Origin: an uncultured delta proteobacterium
Lineage (GTDB): Bacteria > Bdellovibrionota > FAC87 > UBA2466
DNA: 64,000 nucleotides
Assembly (NCBI GenBank): GCA_963778115.1
Contig: CAVZSV010000004.1
Span: 1,344,001 to 1,408,000, forward strand
Direction of reading: 5' to 3'
Part shown: positions 58,332-64,000 of the stretch, in pieces
How the letters are laid out: each line of letters begins with the position of its first letter
Numbering within the stretch: position 1 is the first letter of the stretch
Notes under the pieces: generated by a model
What the model was told of the DNA's origin: nothing
Seen by the model: only the letters and a program-made list of their open reading frames with translations
Databases searched by the model: none
Made by a program: the position numbers and the translations under genes

Positions 58332-58817
58332 CTATTTCCAGCCATGGGTCTCCGATAACATTCGGACCGTTTCTTCCGGGGTCATCGCAACGACTCCGAA
58401 ATTGGCTTTGAGTAAGTCCCTGCGTCCGCCTTCAATGAAGCATTCCGCATGGCCTGTCACAAAAAGTTCGTTTCCGCTCAAATGGTGCCTTACTAAGTGG
58501 GCTACATCGTTCACTTCGGTCATGTTCAGTCTTTGAACATCTCGTCCCGGAAATAGAATCGCAGCCATTCGACCAAAGACGACTTTCCCAGCAGCGACTT
58601 TAGGGCGTGTCTGGTACCATCCTTTGGAACCGGAAGCGGGGCGTCCCGTCTTAGGGGGAACATTCGCCGGAGCCGCGGTAGAAGTTCTTGTCGAAGGCTC
58701 CGCTTCAATCAATTCCACTCGGGCTTCGCTCTTCCAACGTTGTAAATTTAAAATTGCAGCGGACATGGGAGTTTGAGTCAGTAGGTCCCTATCGATAGTG
58801 AGTTTGTAGTTAGTCAT
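58332..58817 (-). CDS. Hypothetical protein, possible degenerate PIN fold
   Basis: AAGGAG SD; LTIDRD and NDVAHL..H...GNELFVT patterns. Confidence 0.55.
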   Translation of the reverse strand: MTNYKLTIDRDLLTQTPMSAAILNLQRWKSEARVELIEAEPSTRTSTAAPANVPPKTGRPASGSKGWYQTRPKVAAGKVVFGRMAAILFPGRDVQRLNMTEVNDVAHLVRHHLSGNELFVTGHAECFIEGGRRDLLKANFGVVAMTPEETVRMLSETHGWK

Positions 58818-58898
58818 TATTCACTCCTTTAGCCTAATCCTTCAGGACGCTTTCCACGTCCGCCGCGTTAAGATTACTGAATTAAAATTGAAACCATA

Positions 58899-59228
58899 TC
58901 AATACCCACGGATTGCCGAGTTACGGCTTCCGTAGGAATTTTCACGGTCAGAAGATCCGCCGAAATTTTGAGATTTCGCCTCACGGGGCTTAGCTTCACT
59001 CACAGTGAGTGCGCGGCCATCCATTTGCGTTCCGTTCAATTCGTCGATGGCGCGAGCGCCCTCTTCATCCGAAGACATTTCGACAAAACCAAAACCTTTA
59101 GAGCGACCGGTGTCGCGATCGGTAATCAATCGTATCGAGTTCACGGTGCCAAAAGCGGAAAAGGAATTAGACAAAGAATCTTCAGTTACCGAGAACGGAA
59201 GATTACCAACATATAGTTTTTTGCTCAT
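58899..59228 (-). CDS. RRM RNA-binding protein
   Basis: RNP2 LYVGNL and RNP1 KGFGFVEM; true start MSKKL at 59228 after AGGAG. Confidence 0.95.
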   Translation of the reverse strand: MSKKLYVGNLPFSVTEDSLSNSFSAFGTVNSIRLITDRDTGRSKGFGFVEMSSDEEGARAIDELNGTQMDGRALTVSEAKPREAKSQNFGGSSDRENSYGSRNSAIRGY

Positions 59229-59565
59229 AAAGAGACTCCTAAGAAATAACCAGAGAACCGAAAGAGGACAAGGCGGTGAGCACTTGCTCAGAGAAATCCA
59301 GGTCGGGCGAGTTACTGAGATGCACCTTAGCATTGGTCCACAAAGAATGCATGACAATTCAGGTCATGTGGTTGGTGGAAAAGGACGAGCCGCTGGAAAC
59401 CAGAGCAAACTCCCCTCTTTACGGAGAAAAGGAATTCAAATCTTTTTTCAAATAGTGGCTCTTTTCCCAAGGATACGCCAAAGGCTTTCACTTTTCTTAA
59501 AGAATACATCGTAGACTGACGGTGCCGACTATCCCCAAATAGCGCCCGCCCCTAAAATAGGTAAT

Positions 59566-59937
59566 ATGGATAGCTTTACGTCAAAAAAGCTCGTTCGCAA
59601 GAGGACCTCGATGACCTTAATCGTTAGCTTTCTTCTGGCTATCTCAGGAACTCCCCTAGCGCATGCGGATGATACGACCGCGGTTCATGTCGCCGCCCAT
59701 TTTGGAACCTCTTACGCCATCAATATGATTAGCTATGGATTTGCGGAAAAGGTGCTTGGCGAGGATCAAACCACTTCTTTTATAGTCTCGGCACTTTTTA
59801 CTCTCGCGGTAGGCCTCTCCTATAAGCTCGTTCAATCCAATTCAGGGAGTGGAACGGAATCCATTCCCAATTCAATGCTCGAAAATTCGCTCGGAGTCGC
59901 AGCGGCCGGACTGACGGTGTTTTCTTTTAACTTCTAA
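59566..59937 (+). CDS. Small membrane protein (YfiM-like)
   Basis: H...HFGTSY, three hydrophobic segments, NSLGV. Confidence 0.55.
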   Translation: MDSFTSKKLVRKRTSMTLIVSFLLAISGTPLAHADDTTAVHVAAHFGTSYAINMISYGFAEKVLGEDQTTSFIVSALFTLAVGLSYKLVQSNSGSGTESIPNSMLENSLGVAAAGLTVFSFNF

Positions 59938-59952
59938 AACTTCTTATCTGGG

Positions 59953-60684
59953 TTATCCGGCTCGGCGTTCGTAGAGCATCCACCCTTTGGGGATGAGTTC
60001 CTTATCCACGATATCGAAAATAGTCTCACCTACGACACTAATTCGGTTTCTCTGGCCTGGACTGGTCGAGGAGATATTTTGCCAGTGGGTCGTAAGACTT
60101 TTCACGCGGGGGAGCCCCCGACGCTTCAGAAGCGTCACATATTTATCCGGCGTATTAGTAAAGATTCGAAAGACTTTGTAAGACCCAATGAAGACTTCAT
60201 CGAAGGGTTCATGGCAAGCGAACCCACAGTTAACCATTCCATCGTGTACTATCCATTGCTCGAGCCGATAGATCACTTTCCGATATTCCGAAAATGTCGT
60301 TTGGGGAAGATGAAAAACATCGTTGTAGAAAGGATCGGTATCTTTAACTCGTAATTTTTGCTCCTCCTTTTCGTTGGTAGGCATTTCAAGAATCCCGAAC
60401 CCCGGTGATTTTACCAAATTTCCCAAAGCTAAGAAGGTCTGAAAAATATTCTCAGCTGAAATATTAGCATCAATTCTCACAGGTCCTTTTTCCGGAGTCG
60501 TAACCGCGTAAGCTTCAAATATCCCATCTAGCTTCGAAACGATGATGCCCCGAGGGACCTGAAAACGAAGGGTCTTCTGAATCCGTTTCCGCGCTATAAA
60601 ATAACCAACGGCGCAGGAGATTGCCGTAAAACCGACCGAGACCGCCAAAACAAAGAGCAACAGAGAAGATCCTTGAAGATTCAT
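59953..60684 (-). CDS. Membrane-anchored hypothetical protein
   Basis: 243-aa ORF with N-terminal TM. Confidence 0.65.
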   Translation of the reverse strand: MNLQGSSLLLFVLAVSVGFTAISCAVGYFIARKRIQKTLRFQVPRGIIVSKLDGIFEAYAVTTPEKGPVRIDANISAENIFQTFLALGNLVKSPGFGILEMPTNEKEEQKLRVKDTDPFYNDVFHLPQTTFSEYRKVIYRLEQWIVHDGMVNCGFACHEPFDEVFIGSYKVFRIFTNTPDKYVTLLKRRGLPRVKSLTTHWQNISSTSPGQRNRISVVGETIFDIVDKELIPKGWMLYERRAG

Positions 60685-60813
60685 GGAAAGGAAACCTTGT
60701 TTTTGTTGGATTAATTATAACACTTAGCTCCCGAAGTCCGAATTTCATTAGTCACCAATTTAATGCTTGGCCGAGGGACCGCATTCCACTATCTCTAGGA
60801 GTAAGGAGTTCCT

Positions 60814-61188
60814 ATGCCCATCGTAAGTATTCAATCGCTACCGCCGTCCGATTCAAGTCTAATTCCAAAGATGCTTTCCGAAATTCAAGACACCGGTGCC
60901 GAGGCTCTCCAATGCGCTCGAGAAAATATCTGGGTCACCTTCCAGGAATTGCTTTCAGACTGTTACTTACAAGATAAGACGGCGCAGCGCCCCCAGAAAA
61001 ACAGCCATCCGCCCATCGTTATCGTGAGAGCACAAGTCGGCCGAACCGCGGCACAAAAAGAGACTTTTGTCAGAGGCATTTCCAAGGCCGTAGCAAGGGG
61101 CTTACTCATTGCGGAAGGCAATGTCTGGATACATTACCAAGAGATAAGCCCAAATGACGTGTGGTTTAATGAGCAATGGTCTGGTTAG
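60814..61188 (+). CDS. Tautomerase superfamily protein (Pro-1, fused beta-alpha-beta)
   Basis: MPIV start, NIWVTF, GRT.AQKE, NVWIHY; AAGGAG SD. Confidence 0.75.
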   Translation: MPIVSIQSLPPSDSSLIPKMLSEIQDTGAEALQCARENIWVTFQELLSDCYLQDKTAQRPQKNSHPPIVIVRAQVGRTAAQKETFVRGISKAVARGLLIAEGNVWIHYQEISPNDVWFNEQWSG

Positions 61189-61243
61189 CAAAGACAAATT
61201 TTAATTCTGACCAACGACCAAAGACGTAGTAAAAGAAGAAATC

Positions 61244-62170
61244 GTGAAACTTAAGTTCTTAGCCTTAAAAGTTGCTTCCTATTTTCTGAGTTGGCTTCCG
61301 AACCGAGTTGTCATTCTCTTGGGATGCCTCATAGGAATTATCTGGTATTACCTCATTCCCATCCGTCGTCACACCGTTCTGGAAAATATGACCCTGGCCT
61401 TTGGTGACAGTAAGAGCGACGAAGAGATTCAAAAGCTTGCTTCCAAATTTTTCAGGCATATGGGCTGCGTCTTAGTGGAGTCGTTGAGATCTATTGTTTG
61501 GACCGCGGAGGATTTTCGAAAAAAGGTTAGTCTCGAAGGGTTCGAACACATCGAACCTTACCTAAAAGAGAATAAGGGGGGATTTCTGGTCTCATTGCAT
61601 TTGGGATGCTGGGAACTGGCTCCCGGATCCGGCGTCTCGCACGGAGTCCCTGTGGACGTCGTTACCAAGTACGCTCGACACGAAGAGTCCGACCCTTTTC
61701 TCCAATGGTTTAGAAATCGATTGGGCGTCAACCTCATTCCTGAAACTCGTTCAACACCTATGATACTGGGGCAGATTGCGAAGGGGCGATGGATTGGATT
61801 CATGATGGATCAATTCATGGGCCCCCCTATCGGAATTCCTATCACCTTTTTTGGCAAGTGCGCGGGAACGACAGCTTCGCTAGCGGTACTCACTGAAAAA
61901 CATGCGATCCCTTCGGTCTTGGCCTACACCTACCGAGATAAGCGGGGGAGAATGCACACCGTAATCGAGCCCATCAAGTTTCCTCCATTCTCCGAAGATC
62001 TCACCAAACGCGTATGGGAGAAGACCCAAGCCATTAACGACCTACTAGAGAAAAAGGTTCGTGAGCATCCCGAGCAGTGGATGTGGCTTCACCGCCGCTG
62101 GAAACCCTTCCAGGGAACGCCGAAATGGAATCTCGCCGAAGGGCCTCTAATGCACCCCATAACTACTTGA
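61244..62170 (+). CDS. Lipid A biosynthesis acyltransferase (HtrB/LpxL family)
   Basis: HLGCWE, DQ, FFG..A.T, PEQWMWLHRRWK. Confidence 0.9.
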   Translation: MKLKFLALKVASYFLSWLPNRVVILLGCLIGIIWYYLIPIRRHTVLENMTLAFGDSKSDEEIQKLASKFFRHMGCVLVESLRSIVWTAEDFRKKVSLEGFEHIEPYLKENKGGFLVSLHLGCWELAPGSGVSHGVPVDVVTKYARHEESDPFLQWFRNRLGVNLIPETRSTPMILGQIAKGRWIGFMMDQFMGPPIGIPITFFGKCAGTTASLAVLTEKHAIPSVLAYTYRDKRGRMHTVIEPIKFPPFSEDLTKRVWEKTQAINDLLEKKVREHPEQWMWLHRRWKPFQGTPKWNLAEGPLMHPITT

Positions 62171-62238
62171 AATAAAAAGATATTATTAGTGAGCCTTTTT
62201 CCTCCTTTCTCTCGCTATATAGCAGGGAGGAGATAACA

Positions 62239-62574
62239 ATGAGCCGTTGGTATGTAAAAGCGACAGTCAGAGATTCGGTCTGTAGAATAAGCCAAATCGT
62301 AGCGCTGGTCGTACAGCATCCCGACCATGGCACTCAAGTAGTTTCCTTAGAAAAGCTCAAACCCTTAGCAGATCGCGGCCAACTTTGGATCTCAATCGCT
62401 TTCGGTGCGTCCTCCCGCAGCGCTCTTGTGGAAATCTACTTCTCCCCTTTGCTGTCTCGATGGGTTGCTTTAACCCAAGCCGATTGCGCACTCAGTGAAA
62501 ATCTAAAAGCACTTCCTATGACCTTCCGTTCCGCGCATCCCTCGGAAAATCGTTTTCTAGAAATAACAAGGTAA
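62239..62574 (+). CDS. Small hypothetical protein (DUF3892-like)
   Basis: GGAGG SD; C-terminal T.AD....NL..LP pattern. Confidence 0.55.
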   Translation: MSRWYVKATVRDSVCRISQIVALVVQHPDHGTQVVSLEKLKPLADRGQLWISIAFGASSRSALVEIYFSPLLSRWVALTQADCALSENLKALPMTFRSAHPSENRFLEITR

Positions 62575-62659
62575 CTCTCGTTTCCCCGCTTCGCGTTATC
62601 AGACGAATGAGTTTCCGTTTGCCGCGATACCACGACTTAGGTAGCGTCGCAGTCATGGG

Positions 62660-63658
62660 GTGGGTGAAATGGGGAAATCTAATTTTGTAAGGTCTCATCT
62701 TTGTCTGATACTTTTCTTATTCTCGTTTAATAGTTTTGGATTTGAGTGTGGGGTAAAAACAAAGGAAGAAATCCTAGAAGGAATTCCTGCCCTCGAAAAC
62801 TACGTCACAAAACTGATGACCACGACTTCGGTGGATGGGCTGTCTCTTGCCATCTATCAAAACGGACAGGTTCTTTTTAGTAAAGCCTACGGAGACGGAC
62901 TCGAAGAGTCCCTTTTTGAAGCCGCTTCTTTGAGCAAAGTCATGTCAGCATTCGCCGCACTCGAACTGGCAGAAAAGGGAATAATTCCTTTAGATGACTC
63001 CCTAAGCCATCACGTTAAAAAACCCTATCTCGATCCCTCTCCCTATTCGGACATGGTCACGCTTCGCAGGATACTCGATCACACTTCGGGGATGAGTAAT
63101 GATGTCTCGGGAAACGATCGCAAACTTTACTTCGAGCCAGGAACCCAATTCTCGTATTCGGGAGCGGGATTCTTATATCTTCAACAAGCTATCGAAGACA
63201 CAACGTCGATACCTTTCGATGAATTCATGCAGGCCCCCATGCAGCGGCTGGGACTTGATGACAGTAACTATGAACTTCACGACGGGGGAAAGCTAGACGT
63301 CGGAGCTCCCTATAGCCTTTTGACGACACCTGCCCAATTAGGACGACTCTTCGATGAGATCGTTTCGCCACGCCCAGAAAATCGCTGGGTCTCTAGCCAT
63401 ATGTCCACTCCCTCTTTCCTTTTCGACACTGCTTCAAGTTGGGGCTTGGGCGTTGCCAGAGAAGAATGCCCCAATGAGTTTGCAGTCACCCATAGCGGCA
63501 ACAACTTTGATTTTCACCGAAGTAACGCCGTCATGTATGCGGGGAGCCGAACGGGCGCTGTCGTAATGGCTCGCGGGAAGGATTCGTCAGATATCACGCA
63601 AATCCTTACGATCATGGCCATCAATAAACCCTCAGAGCTTCGCAGCCCCGGATTGTAA
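62660..63658 (+). CDS. Serine hydrolase, beta-lactamase/PBP (class C-like) family
   Basis: FEAASLSK (SxxK), LDHTSG, FEPGTQFSYSGAG, HSG. Confidence 0.88.
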   Translation: MGEMGKSNFVRSHLCLILFLFSFNSFGFECGVKTKEEILEGIPALENYVTKLMTTTSVDGLSLAIYQNGQVLFSKAYGDGLEESLFEAASLSKVMSAFAALELAEKGIIPLDDSLSHHVKKPYLDPSPYSDMVTLRRILDHTSGMSNDVSGNDRKLYFEPGTQFSYSGAGFLYLQQAIEDTTSIPFDEFMQAPMQRLGLDDSNYELHDGGKLDVGAPYSLLTTPAQLGRLFDEIVSPRPENRWVSSHMSTPSFLFDTASSWGLGVAREECPNEFAVTHSGNNFDFHRSNAVMYAGSRTGAVVMARGKDSSDITQILTIMAINKPSELRSPGL

Positions 63659-63733
63659 GAGACCTTCCCTTTTTATCTAAAATGATAACCAACCCAGGAA
63701 ACTAAGATGGGTCTGAGTTATATTAGGCCAATC

Positions 63734-64000
63734 ATGTGGGTAGTAGGTCAAAGAGTCTTTGCACAATTGGAGCCCGAGCTTGGCTTGGGAGCTATCTCGC
63801 AGATAGTGGGGCCCCGCTTCATTGAGGTCTCCTTCGCGGCAGTTCAGATCACCCGACGATATTCCAAGCAAGCCGCCCCGTTGCGCCGGCTGGTGCTAGG
63901 GCCTGGACAGACGATCCGATCTAAAGGCGGAAAGACCCTCACCATTAAAGAGGCAAAGGAGATCGAAGGCCTCTACCTCTACACTTCCGATCAAAACGAT
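63734..64000 (+). CDS. rapA: RNA polymerase-associated protein RapA, 5' partial
   Basis: Manual translation MWVVGQRVFAQLEPELGLGAI...F.A....RRY....APLRR..L.PGQTI...GLYLY resembles the RapA N-terminal Tudor region (GQRW...E.ELGLG). Confidence 0.8.
   Translation, partial: MWVVGQRVFAQLEPELGLGAISQIVGPRFIEVSFAAVQITRRYSKQAAPLRRLVLGPGQTIRSKGGKTLTIKEAKEIEGLYLYTSDQND

Noticed and set aside
59229..59357. 43-aa N-terminal extension of the RRM protein
   Set aside because: RRM proteins of this type begin MSKKLYVGNL and an AGGAG SD precedes 59228

Overview
Bacterial chromosomal window, most likely from a Bdellovibrionota-like (deltaproteobacterial predator) genome. This is inferred from a TIGR02147-type regulator, a Glt gliding operon, a Bdellovibrio/myxobacterial-type HNH gene and many orphan secreted proteins. 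The left end (1-5.0 kb) is repeat-rich: an ISL3 transposase remnant abuts an HNH endonuclease gene with a hairpin-rich 800 bp upstream region, and tRNA-Gly(GCC) is followed by about 4.15 tandem copies of a highly structured 203-bp unit whose end mimics the tRNA 3' end. 5-26 kb is accessory: a TIGR02147 regulator with an HExxH lipoprotein, a DUF2723 membrane glycosyltransferase, an ECF sigma/Ser-Thr kinase pair, S1 protease and pseudo-protease genes and many unknown exported proteins. 26-35 kb is a gliding-motility operon (OM barrel-gltC-gltD-gltE-gltF-gltG) whose GltG carries an unusual (D/E)RR repeat insert including a GPDRR motif. Next come ilvE, an RND efflux operon, an SDR, and thrS-infC-rpmI-rplT-pheS-pheT-merR; four single-base frameshifts in thrS/infC/rpmI are probably assembly errors. 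The window ends with assorted enzymes and the 5' end of rapA. No CRISPR array, integrase or rRNA was seen. All family calls come from motif recognition by eye, not database searches.
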